Part shown: in pieces, positions 1 through 10,942 of the stretch
How the letters are laid out: every line of letters begins with the position of its first letter
Numbering within the stretch: the stretch's first letter is position 1
Assembly (NCBI GenBank): GCA_040285855.1
Contig: JAUFOQ010000005.1
Span: 186,001-250,000, forward strand
DNA from: Eukaryota sp. GEM-RC1
Taxonomy: Eukaryota
Direction: 5' to 3'
DNA: 64,000 nucleotides
The notes under the pieces: generated by a model
The model's database searches: none
Seen by the model: only the letters and a program-made list of their open reading frames with translations
What the model was told of the DNA's origin: nothing
Made by a program: the position numbers and the translations under genes

Positions 1-1
1 T

Positions 2-3000
2 ACATCACCTCCTCTTAATTGGAATCCTCCACTTGAAGAGAAACTTCCTTATGTTCCTCCTGAAATCATGTCGGCAAGGTTTAGATTACGAGTTTTTGGA
101 TATCCATGTGATATACCTTATAATCACTGTTATAGAGCTGCTGAGGATCAAGTTATGACGTACCACCAATCTTTGACCAATGCATTTGATCAAGTAAAGT
201 CAATGCTGTGTGTCACAAATTATTCTATTCCTTTTAAGAAGCTTTCTTCAACCACGTCCTTTCTTACAACACGTGTTGACTCTTTTCCACAAACTGTATT
301 ACCAACAAGTAATTCCTGGAATTTACTTGTCTTGAACACGTGGTCATTGCTCAAGTTAAAACCCTTTGATTGTTATGATCAGCTAGCCACTTCTTTAGCT
401 AGAATACTAGGTTTTACCATTAGACCTCAACAATTCAAGATTGCAAACCATTTACTTCACTCCAAGACTAGCATTCAAACTCAATTGTTCATGGGTGAAG
501 GCAAAACTAGCGTCATTGTTCCTTTAATTTGCCTTGGAATATTATCTGATCCGAAAAAAACTGTGCCACGTGTCACTATCCTAAAACCCTTGTATAACAC
601 GTGTCTGAATAAGTATCAAACCTTATTCTCTTGTTTAGGTCTTCGATTGGGTCGATTTGTTTGTCAGCGGTCTGATTCGTATGATGCCAATCACTATAAT
701 TCAATCATTACTGATTGCGATTTACTAATCACGACCGCGGAATACCGACAATCCTTCATTTTAAAGACTAAAACTGACAATTCCCTTGCTTCAGTTTCTC
801 TTGAAAATGTTCATGATATTCTTGATGAATCTGACGAGATTCTTGACCCAAGAAGTCAACTTATTTATCCCTATGGTCAACCCCAGGTACTAGACGGGGG
901 TCGACTTAGATGGGTTATTGGGGAAGCCATATTACAGTCAATGAAACATTTCTTTGAGTTTCCTTTTGAACATGAGCTCTATATTTCTGATTGCAAACTT
1001 GATATTTTGACCTATATTCTTGATGGTAATACTTCCCTAGAAGACCAAGATAGATTAGATCTTAAACCCAGTACTAAATCTTTAATTATTGACTACGCTC
1101 TGGGTGATTCCCATGATTTTTCTATATTCAGTGATAGAATTCGTACTGTTGCCTTGATTCTCCGTGGTTATTTCTATTATTCTGTACTTGAAAGAGCTTT
1201 AAAGCTTAGATACAGAGTCAATTACGGCAGGGATGTCAAGAGGAAGTCTCTTTTAGCTGTCCCCTTTAGAGCAAAGGACGTACCTGCTTTAGCTTCAGAG
1301 TTTTCTGACGTGGATCTCGCCATCTTTTTGACCTTGCTTACGTGGCACCAGACTGGTCTTGATCATCGTCAGTTTTCTACAGTCTTGAATTCGCTTCAGT
1401 CAAGTCATGAACATATGTTGTCTATCTGGACTGATGGCGAGTTTTCTTTTGATAATCTTGTATTTGAAGATGACGGTCTAATCCTCCGATTACATGACCA
1501 ATTAGGCAATGACCCACGAGTTATTGATTTCTACTTAAATTTAAAATGTTTCCCAACCTATACCAAACAGTTTCCCACCAAGAGAAGTACTTCCCCTTGG
1601 GACTTAGCTAATCCTGGAAGTTTAAAGCCTGTTGTTGGATTTAGTGGGACAAATGGATCTCAGAGGTTGCTGCCTTATCCAACTACTCAGCAGGATTTAA
1701 AATTTGTTGAAGATACTAATAGAAACATGGATCTGGCCATTTTGGACCAACAAATTTTGAAATATGACGGAGATTTGCTTAAAGTTTTGATTGAAAATCC
1801 CTCGTTTACAGTTCTTTTAGATGTTGGAGCTGTGTGTATGCTTCAAAACAAAGAGTTTGCTTCTGAATGGCTTTCAAAGTACAAACAACATCATCCTGAT
1901 TCCATTATCTCTGCAGTGCTTTACTTTGAGAACGATAAACTGTTGGCTTCTAACGGTGATGTTAGTCTCAACTTCCATGATTCAATATATGTTGAACAGA
2001 TGGACAAATGCTTAGTTTACCTAGATGATTTCCACTGCAGAGGTGTTGACCTGAAGTTTCCTCCCAGGACAAGGGCAGCCTTGACCCTTTACAAGGGACT
2101 TACAAGGGACAAGATAGCCCAAGGATCTATGAGGATGAGGAAGTTGTTGATGAACTCTCCTGAGAAGCATTGTATCACGTATTTACAACCCCCATCAGTA
2201 CAATTTTTAAATATTTTGGATTGGTGTTTGGAGAACTCTAGTAGTTATGTCGAACGCTCACTCAAAACTTGGACTAGGGAAGGTATCACGTGGTTTAATG
2301 ACCTTCCTGAAGCGGATGCTCAGACTCTATGTGATCTCTACCACGCAGAAATCCTTCCATGTCCTCCTTTAAAACTTCTTGAAAAGTCAACAATCAGCTC
2401 AAATGCTGACGTTTACACCTTCATACACAACACTCTCTCCTCTTCCAATGTACTAGTAGAAAGTAACATTGAGGAAGAGCAAGAAAAAGAATTAGAAGAA
2501 GAATTACAAGAAGAACGTTCAGTTCAACGGCCAGCTCCTGCTGTTCCTCGTATTCCTTCCCTTGGTCCTGCTTTAAAGGCACTGGTAAGAGGAGCGTTCT
2601 TTGCTAATTTTTTTATTCAATTTGAATATGAAAACAATGTAAAGTTCTATTGTACTGAGGAGTTTGCTCATATTAAAAAGTATTTTCCAAAAGATTTTTC
2701 AAGAAGGCCATCTTGGGTTATTGTTCATTCATCTGGAGTATTGTTTGTATCTCCTTTTGAAGCTAATGAATTACTTGTTTTGAGTAAATTAGATGCCCAG
2801 AAAGCTTTGACTTCTCTTGGTCTTTGTTCTGTAGTGTCAAGAGTTTCTTCACCAACGCAGTTAATTTTCCCATTCTTTTCTCCGTCTGAATCGTTGTCAA
2901 GTTGTCCAGTTTTTAACCTGTATTTGGCGTCTTGGTACTTTCACTCAGGACTTGCTGTAAAGGATTTCTGCTCCTTTTTTGGGCTTTTTCCCAGGCCCAG

Positions 3001-3229
3001 AACCTCGGAGCAGGAAACGGCAAGAGAACGTGGATTGATTGACGACGATGGATGGGGGTCAGTTGATGGGAAGTTAGGAATGGTCACAGTAAGTCCATTG
3101 AGTTTCATGAAGAATCGTCTTGAAACACTTCATCATGATGACGTTTACATTGGCAGTCACTTACATGACGTTTTGTATTTGATGCGTAATCCTCAACAAA
3201 TGTCAAGTTCTCAGAGTGTTGTAGGTTAG
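2..3229 (+). CDS. DUF3638/DUF3645-family large P-loop (helicase-like) protein, C-terminal part; gene begins left of the window
   Basis: Frame is open from position 2 to TAG at 3229. Motifs: QLFMGEGKTSVIVP (Walker A-like, DUF3638), DILDESDEIL (Walker B-like), RYRVNYG..LLAVPFRAKDVP..SEFSDVDLAIFLT (DUF3645), GFSGT, YLDDFHCRGVDL, QGSMRMRKL and acidic EEEQEKELEEE. Confidence 0.85.
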   Translation, partial: TSPPLNWNPPLEEKLPYVPPEIMSARFRLRVFGYPCDIPYNHCYRAAEDQVMTYHQSLTNAFDQVKSMLCVTNYSIPFKKLSSTTSFLTTRVDSFPQTVLPTSNSWNLLVLNTWSLLKLKPFDCYDQLATSLARILGFTIRPQQFKIANHLLHSKTSIQTQLFMGEGKTSVIVPLICLGILSDPKKTVPRVTILKPLYNTCLNKYQTLFSCLGLRLGRFVCQRSDSYDANHYNSIITDCDLLITTAEYRQSFILKTKTDNSLASVSLENVHDILDESDEILDPRSQLIYPYGQPQVLDGGRLRWVIGEAILQSMKHFFEFPFEHELYISDCKLDILTYILDGNTSLEDQDRLDLKPSTKSLIIDYALGDSHDFSIFSDRIRTVALILRGYFYYSVLERALKLRYRVNYGRDVKRKSLLAVPFRAKDVPALASEFSDVDLAIFLTLLTWHQTGLDHRQFSTVLNSLQSSHEHMLSIWTDGEFSFDNLVFEDDGLILRLHDQLGNDPRVIDFYLNLKCFPTYTKQFPTKRSTSPWDLANPGSLKPVVGFSGTNGSQRLLPYPTTQQDLKFVEDTNRNMDLAILDQQILKYDGDLLKVLIENPSFTVLLDVGAVCMLQNKEFASEWLSKYKQHHPDSIISAVLYFENDKLLASNGDVSLNFHDSIYVEQMDKCLVYLDDFHCRGVDLKFPPRTRAALTLYKGLTRDKIAQGSMRMRKLLMNSPEKHCITYLQPPSVQFLNILDWCLENSSSYVERSLKTWTREGITWFNDLPEADAQTLCDLYHAEILPCPPLKLLEKSTISSNADVYTFIHNTLSSSNVLVESNIEEEQEKELEEELQEERSVQRPAPAVPRIPSLGPALKALVRGAFFANFFIQFEYENNVKFYCTEEFAHIKKYFPKDFSRRPSWVIVHSSGVLFVSPFEANELLVLSKLDAQKALTSLGLCSVVSRVSSPTQLIFPFFSPSESLSSCPVFNLYLASWYFHSGLAVKDFCSFFGLFPRPRTSEQETARERGLIDDDGWGSVDGKLGMVTVSPLSFMKNRLETLHHDDVYIGSHLHDVLYLMRNPQQMSSSQSVVG

Positions 3230-3904
3230 TTTTGTACTTCATTTGAAGCTGTTATGCCAATTTCTTTTATTAACGATAAATTTGTTTTTTAAATTATTGA
3301 TTATTTGTATTGAAGTAAACATCCAAATCTACAACTATAAATAGTCATGATTTAATAATTCTTATAATAGGGTTGTTAAAAGTATGTCAATTCATTTGAG
3401 GACCATGACCTGGCCCATAATTTTCAGGTATTGACCCAGTGCATGGAAAAATAAAACTAATGTAGAAGTCACCTTATACATTACATTACCAACTCTTCCA
3501 CCTTCTAATGATTGCATCTCCACCCCAAGATTGTACGAGCCCTCTTGAGTGTTAGGTCTTGGGCTGCTAATGTCTTGGAGTTGCCTTTATGATCTATATG
3601 TACTGTAGCAACTAGAACAGTTATTTTCAAATTCATTTTCTCCTCTTCACAACAAAGTGTTGTCTTCATCTATGCTCCTTCAGAAGAAAATCTGGTAATT
3701 TCTACTTTCGTTATAAACTTCTTTGTAGACATAATCGACTTCAAACGTCAGAAAAGTTCGTACCATATAGGTTGTAAGTCCATCTCTTTATTCAAGAATA
3801 GAGGTAACATCCCTTGGTGTTTGTTTAACAAACATTCTATATTGTCTGATCCGTAGATTGCTGACAAACGATCAGCTAAACAAATTGACATTGAGTCTGC
3901 AGAC

Positions 3905-3937
3905 TGAGTACGCTCGACTCGAGTGCGAGCGTACTCA
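3905..3937. repeat. Perfect 12-bp inverted repeat (GC-rich hairpin), probably a transposon subterminal remnant
   Basis: TGAGTACGCTCG / ACTCGAGTG / CGAGCGTACTCA, immediately preceded by the palindrome AGTCTGCAGACT. Confidence 0.7.
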
Positions 3938-4435
3938 CAGTTTTATGAGTCGAGTCGAGGGCAACTCTCTTTGAAACTCTGAATCATGTCTTTCATTGTC
4001 TGAATTAGTATGTCTTAATTTATTATTGTAAATATACTTCATAGTTTTGAATCATATTGAAGACGAAAGGTTTTATTTTAACAGAAAAATGAAGGCATTT
4101 TCCCCACCATAAATAATTAGGTTAACTAGTGTAGTTACATTTCTATTGCTTTTCGGTTGACATACATTGTTACGACATCTAAAATTATTATCTCACACAT
4201 TTCTGTGGGTTTATTTGTTACTTAATCCCTAACATCTCTGTGATTTTTTCTTATTTTGGGAAGATAACTGATTACGAAGCATTAGACAGAACAGAACCTA
4301 AAACAGGTTCTGGAATCTTCACAGTAATTGTTAATATGATTGTAATGGCAACGTGATAGAATATTTTCATCAAAAACAAAGGAAGGTTTATCACAAATTG
4401 TACAAATTATTTAGTAACATTTGGAATGTACATAA

Positions 4436-4770
4436 TAGGAATGTTAATTAGTTCAGGTCAGTTCACTCCATTTTTTATGACTACATATGTGCACTTTTTC
4501 ACCACCTATCAGGAACGTAGGATGAAGAATTCCAATATTGTTATGGAGTGGTTGACGTTGGTAGTACATTAGTTGGAGAATTACGAGAGTGGAACTTGAT
4601 CTTTCAACACTTGTGTTCTTACGTGGCCTTTAGTTCAGCATCGTTTTATGTAACAATTCAAGCCAATAGTGTTGCGTCTGAGCGTTGTTTTTCACTTGTA
4701 GGAAACAATGGTATAATTTTCAGTTCAGTTCACACTTTTGTGAACTGAACTGAACTATTTTACATTCCTA
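4436..4770 (+). mobile_element. Non-autonomous, internally deleted hAT element (335 bp)
   Basis: Imperfect ~31-bp TIRs: TAGGAATGTTAATTAGTTCAGGTCAGTTCAC vs TAGGAATGTAAAATAGTTCAGTTCAGTTCAC (reverse complement of right end). 8-bp TSD GTACATAA/GTACATAG (7/8). Internal hAT dimerisation-like motif IQANSVASERCFSLVG. Confidence 0.85.
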
Positions 4771-6014
4771 GTACATAGTCTTCCATGAATTGTAGATAAG
4801 TTTTCATAAATCCGACATACGTAGATAGCTGATGTGTAGGACTTTTTTGTATTTAAGGGTACATTGCGATCTATTTGAGAAGTTTCACCTTCGAAACCAC
4901 TATCACAGGACCATTGTCATAGGACTGTGTCGATTGTATGATCTTTCTAACATAAATGTAACAATGTGTTACCCCAAAAATACTAAATTCTATCAGTAGT
5001 GACAAGGAAAGTTTGACATTTTTAAAAAAATTGCTTTATTCTATAAACTCACACTAAAGAAAATAAACTAGACCGATAAGTCTACCCCATCACACAACCT
5101 TCACCACCACCAATTAAAATCTTCAAGATATCATCAAATCATAGAACGAAATAGAGCAAATACTAGACGATCTCTGAAAAAACCACTGTTGAACTTTTTA
5201 ACGAAATCATTACACAAATCCTGAAACGAACATAAAAAGTTATTAGCTGCAGTACTTAAATTTCCATATAAAGAAATTTCAAAAAGGTTAAATTTGAAAT
5301 TTTACAACTCATCTATAATTATAGGTTTATCTATAATCATACAACTCACTGATTGTCTCGTACAAACTCTGTGATGTGTGATCTACTTCAGTGTTTCTCC
5401 CATGTCATATTCCATTTTCAATCTTAGAAATACAACTCACCGACAGAACAGGTCCCGCACTATCAGGACTTTCGTAAGAAAAGTCTTAGAATGAGTAATC
5501 TCCTTTCAGCATCAATCAACTGTAGTGCCTTGTCTTAAGCGTTTGCTTGAAGACGTTAAGCAAGCCACTGTTGCCCGATCCCCTCCCCCTCCTTCTCCTA
5601 CTGATCCTGTCAGTGCTCTTACTACTCATTCTTCTGGAGCCGCTTTTCCAGCTAATTCACCAACAAAACAATTCGAAATAGTTCACATTCAATCTATTTC
5701 GCTTGAACCAGATATCCTACAAGGGCCTTTTATATTTCAATGATTGAATAGAAACAAACATACCTTCACTTCAACAATAGATTAATACATACTAATTTAG
5801 AGAATGTAAGAAATTAAATCGGCCACATCAACACGAGCACAGTTCCTATGCAACTTTTAATCAATGAAACTTAGATACCTGATACTTCTGTAAAGAGCAA
5901 ACACAGTTCGGTTACTATATACAGAACCATCAAAGACCTTTAGGTAGAACGACATACAGTATGACAGTCAGTAAATAGTTTTGAACCTACAGGATCAATA
6001 TCCAAAAATAATCA

Positions 6015-6281
6015 ATGCCACGAAGACACACTAATATCGTCTTTCAGCCTTTTGCAGTTTCTTTGTACAAAAATTTCGGTTCTTTTACCAAGGACTTTTT
6101 AAACTTATTTGAATATTTGTGTTCAGAATTTGGCAAGAAGTTTAACAGATCGTACTGGAAGAGTAAATTTGCTTTTTCGATTTTTAGGTCTATGTATAGA
6201 TATGTTGATTCCATTGTGTCAAAGTTGTTTGAAGGCAACTACTTTTCGGAATTAGGTAGTTCGTTTGATAATTTGTTTTAA
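6015..6281 (+). pseudogene. 3-prime fragment resembling the C-terminus of an RLE-type (CRE/R2-like) non-LTR retrotransposon ORF
   Basis: FQPFAVS..FG....FL..YWKSKFAFSIFR pattern. Homologous to the minus-strand fragment at 62884-63138. Confidence 0.5.
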
Positions 6282-7774
6282 TAGTGTTTAATTATTTGTT
6301 GTTTTCCTGTTGTGTGTCTTTCTCTGCACATAAATCTATTTTTTTATAAATGGAACCAGGTCCTATCATAAGATAATTTCAAATAATTTGAACGTCAAAA
6401 GTGCCAAAAATAAGTGTGAAATAACTATAATTAAAACAAAACAAAATAGAAATAGAAACAAAATATTTAAGTATATGTCATAGTTCAAGTCATGGTAAGG
6501 GAAACCCCAATCCATTGGACAGCTTGAGGCTCGTCTAAACGTATCTGTCTTTTTGCTTCTTATGTTTACTCCAACATGGTCAATTTATCCAGACTGAAGA
6601 TTAATCAGCGTTTAAATTGCTAAATAGTTTTTTCGTTCACTCTTAAATAGTAGGTTGATTAGATTAGAAGACGACTTGATCAACATCTACTAATCCGTTC
6701 CAGGAAATTTGACAGTTTCATGGAAATGAGTACAATTTTTCAGTTAAATTGATGATGGTGACAGGAGCTTTTGAGACGCGTTCATTTGACTATGATCTGT
6801 AAGAAAGTTTTTTACTTAGCTTGACAATACTGGATCTCAAGTGTTTGCATAAATGAAAGAGATTTTAATTTTATCTATTTATATTTTGTTGTATTTTGGG
6901 TTTTTTTCATGATCGTAAAAAAGTGTCAAAAATTAATATATACATACAAATAAATACAAATAAATAGAATCTATATTCATTTATGAGGAGCCCTGAATGG
7001 AACAAATCAAAGTTTTAAATGTTAATTTTCTTTAAGTTTCTTCAAAGTATCAGCATAAGTAAAACACTTTCGATGTTCAATCTTTTCTGACGATTCTGTC
7101 AACAGAAGTTGAGTTACAAGAATCAACTGTAGTAAAGTCCATAATTATTTATTAAGAGGACAATTAAAGAAATAATTCATAACTGAGTCAGACAAAGTAT
7201 TTAAATTTGGTTTTCTTTTCCTATGAAAACTGGTCTCAAACAATTCTAAACATTAATCACGTAAACTGTTGTGAATGATTGATCTTAAATGAACATACTT
7301 ATGACAGACCATATGATGGAAAGAAGTTAAATCATTTTAAACCAGTTCAAAAACACGTAACTTAAATGTTTTGAGCTGCTCTACTGTAGATCACACAAAA
7401 TCACGTGTCAAAGAACCAATTCGTTGAGAACCAGTCCATTTATTGGTCCGAAACCAATAACAGTAATAACCCAATCAATTCAGATTGTTTAGATTATTTC
7501 TGGAGTTTAAATAGTGTGAAATTAAGCACGAATTGTAGCTCACTGTCCCATTCATAACACAACGTCTCACGGTAAATTAGAACACTATGCTAATCTAAAC
7601 GCAGTCTGATAAGTACATCTGAATTACAACAAAAAATAAGTCACTTAATATGTGCATATTGTTCACCTTAGTAACCGTAACAACACACTCGTTGTAAAAA
7701 GAAGTAGAATGAGATGTCTTATAAGGATGACACCATTTTATTATATTTGTAGCACAGTCAACACGAGAATTCTA

Positions 7775-8833
7775 TTAGCGATTAAACACGAATGGAGACA
7801 AAGTTGAAGTAATGAAATTTTGTTTGTGCACTAAACATTTAATTAGCCAGCAATTATCCACATTAAAAAACAGACATAAACAGAAGTTGTGAGGTAATGG
7901 AAAAGGTTCTACAGTAATTGGAAAGACCATCTCTTCGACAAGATTACTATTTTCTGAAACGAAATTAAACAAATGCCTTACAGCAGCTGTTGAAAGAATC
8001 TGTATAAATTCAGAATCATTGGTCACTCTCGTTAAAAACCCAATACACTCCTTCTTTAACTCTTCTTCTTGAGAATAGACTGAAAGTTGATAATAACTCA
8101 TTGTCTGAGTTAAGAGTGACTGACTTACCAGTTAAAGAAGGGAAGAAACAATGGAATTCCTCACCAGTAACTCCAATAAACTCGTCATGATAAGAGAACT
8201 TTCGAAGGGAATGATCAGCAAAGTTAGAGCAGAATTGATTTTTAATTTTTTTTGAACAACAAATTAAAAAAATTGAACTAATGACGACTTGTTCATCTAA
8301 GTAAGTCAGCATGATGTCTCTTCCGAAGATGTGAACTCATTTTATTCACAATTTCATTAGAATCTAGCTGTAGTTGAAAAGGTTTGGACAAATCCAATGC
8401 TGTTTTCATATTCTCATGAATAGATTGAGATAACAACTCAAGTTGAAGAGAAGAACATAGAGAAAGGACATGACCCACGTTTTGAACAGTGAGATGCATA
8501 TGATTTCCATAAAAGAATTGGAATACTTGAAAGAAAAGGTCGGATCAGAAACAGAAGCTTCAAGTTCGGGAAAGACAACTTCAGTGGATGAAGTATTGAA
8601 CTTAGTCCGTAAGAATGTACTGAAAGAAGCAAGATAAGAAGAATGACAAGAGAAACGTTCACCATGAAAAACAATGACACTATCGGTCAGTAGATTCTTG
8701 CTGACATTGGAGAATTCTGTCTTGGAGAAGCGTTGTACTGAAAGGTCATGTTTTAGGACCCTTGCCTAGAACATCCATTATCTTGAGTTGAGGAAATTGA
8801 TTGCAATAGTTGAAACGGGAATAACTTTGTCAT
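7775..8833 (-). pseudogene. Degraded tandem BTB/POZ-domain gene, paralog of 56434-58988
   Basis: Fragments across frames: LLTDSVIVFHGERFSCHSLIL (cf. VLIDSSIALYDDEFPCHSAVV), SFYG..HLTVQNV, FADHSLRKFSYHDEF.GV (cf. FIDSNDRKINYESEFKGV), YYQLSVY (cf. FYQLSFY). Several frameshifts and stops. Confidence 0.75.
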
Positions 8834-9068
8834 AATTTAGATTCTTCATCTGACGAAGATCTCGATGATCTTCAACTTAAAAATTCCTTGAACATAATGA
8901 TGGATAACGATGTTGCGTAGAGTGTTAATATGTTTTATATATAATTGTTTTATGTATCATCTCTGAACAAAGGTAAAATAATCCTAATAGTGACCCAGTT
9001 TGGCTTAAATGTAGTGATCCGGGGTGCTATTAGGCGCCTGACAGTAAATCTCAATCTAAATCTGTATC

Positions 9069-9284
9069 CTAACCTTCTCCTAGTACACCCTTTTCCAAAG
9101 TCTTTTGTACTGTTTTAGCAGACCAGTAACTTCTATTGTACAGAAGAAACAGTTGACGTTCAAGAGACGTCCACTTCAAACGATGGCGGTGGTCCCATAT
9201 GGTTCTTTTGGCTTTTGAAAACAATCTTTCGGCCTCATCCGAAGTTGGCGGGATAAAGAAAGAGTTGATGAATTGCAGTCCCAT
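9069..9284 (-). mobile_element. hAT transposase C-terminal dimerisation-domain fragment
   Basis: IPPTSDEAERLFSKAKRTIWDHRHRL..SLERQLFLLYNRSYW, closely similar to 54559-55086. A possible element end CATCACTG lies at ~9506, but no matching TSD was found. Confidence 0.75.
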
Positions 9285-9526
9285 AAGCTCTTGTTACAGA
9301 TTAATAAATAGATTGTAATTGTGTTAGACCAAGAACAACCAATGACACATCTCTATAAGAGGCAACAGAAGTCCCAATATAGAGTCAACCATTACCCAAT
9401 TTTTTTCCGAAAATACGATGCACAAATCTTTCCAATGTTGGCGTACCGTATTGCACGGTATTTACGTGAATTTTTGTGGTATATTCTATTTTAGTTAACA
9501 TCACTGCTTTTTAGTACATGAACTAT

Positions 9527-9596
9527 TACACCAATTGGTTCAATTAGTCTGGACCAGACTAATTCGTTATCCAGACTAACTAAACCGATTGGTGTA
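9527..9596. repeat. 70-bp foldback (mini-MITE-like) element
   Basis: 27-bp arms matching 24/27 (TACACCAATTGGTTCAATTAGTCTGGA ... TCCAGACTAACTAAACCGATTGGTGTA), with TA at both ends. Alternative inner perfect palindrome AATTAGTCTGG-A-CCAGACTAATT. Confidence 0.65.
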
Positions 9597-10942
9597 CATG
9601 TAGTCTGTATTTAATTAATTTATGACATAAACTTTATAACGACATGTTCAAAAAATTAACAATCTCAATTTAAATTCGTATTTACAAACTGTTGCAAATG
9701 TTGGTCATGAAATTGAACATTCCAAATCGATGTGTCCAACAGTCATAACTAAACACCCGGGTTATTCATTTTGCTGATTTAACAGATTTAACTGCATTGT
9801 GATACATGTACATGTATTGGACAATGCATTGATTGTTAATCAATATTTGTTAGAAGAACAAAAGACAATTGCAATGTATCACAATTGTAGATCAGGCTTG
9901 TCACTTGATAAAAAACGTTTAAAACGTATTTTGAAAAAAACGACGTTTTTTATTCTTGTCAACGTTTTTTATATTCTGGATTGACACAAAAAGCACGACT
10001 TTCTACTCCACTTTTGTCTTAATATGGCAGATGTTATTTCATGTTTGTTGTTTCTGACCAAGCAAGACTGAAACAAGGCAAGCATATTTGTTGGTGACAC
10101 TATTACTCTTACAGTATATGCTCTTTGGTTCTGTATCTGAGTAAAACGGTCTTCAAGTACACTCAAACAGTGTTCTTGATATACCCCGTTATCTTCCCGT
10201 CCTGACCACGTGATCATCGTTAAATGAGCACTATACTTCATCTCCATGGTGTTATGCTTCCAATCTCAAAAGAACATAGCTGCAATGATCGAACTATGGA
10301 AGATTTGGTTGATGAAAATGAAGTGAGAAAGAAGTGAAAAGTTGAAAAAGTTGATCTGCCCTTTTTGAACGTTTTTTACAAGCCTGGTGTAGATAACACA
10401 CACGACTCTTTGTACAACATCATCAGAAGGAAAGTGTGTGAAGAGAAGAAAAGGTTAGTGTTGGGTTCCAAATGTGAAGTCAAAGACTATAGAATGTAAG
10501 ACATGTAGAGTGTGTAAACAAATGTCTATGTATATTTGTGTATATGAAAAATCGAACTCGTGTATATCTGAACCAAGGTTTCAAGCATCCGTTTTGTTGC
10601 GCCTTTTCTGTTGTATTCGTTATTATTATGAAGTGTGTCATTGAAACACCTATTTTGGAATTCTTGATGTATAGAAACAATGGAAATCAAAGAAGTGAAG
10701 ATCTGTTAAGACAAGTTTCATCACTCTCCTCATCCAAAAATCCATCGACAAACTCAATTGCAAGACTTTTTTAAGCATCAGATTTACCAAAATATGATCG
10801 TTGACCTCGCACGTTATTGATAATTTATAAAATTTCATGTCAACCAATTTTCGAAAAATTGATCAACTTTCGATTTATAATGGTACATTGTTATTCGCTC
10901 ACTTGTAACTGATCTGTGCAATATCAGAAAGAATAAACAAAA

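Noticed and set aside
3660..3890. Short GT-AG intron-like segments suggesting a small spliced gene
   Set aside because: No convincing spliced ORF or recognisable protein could be assembled.
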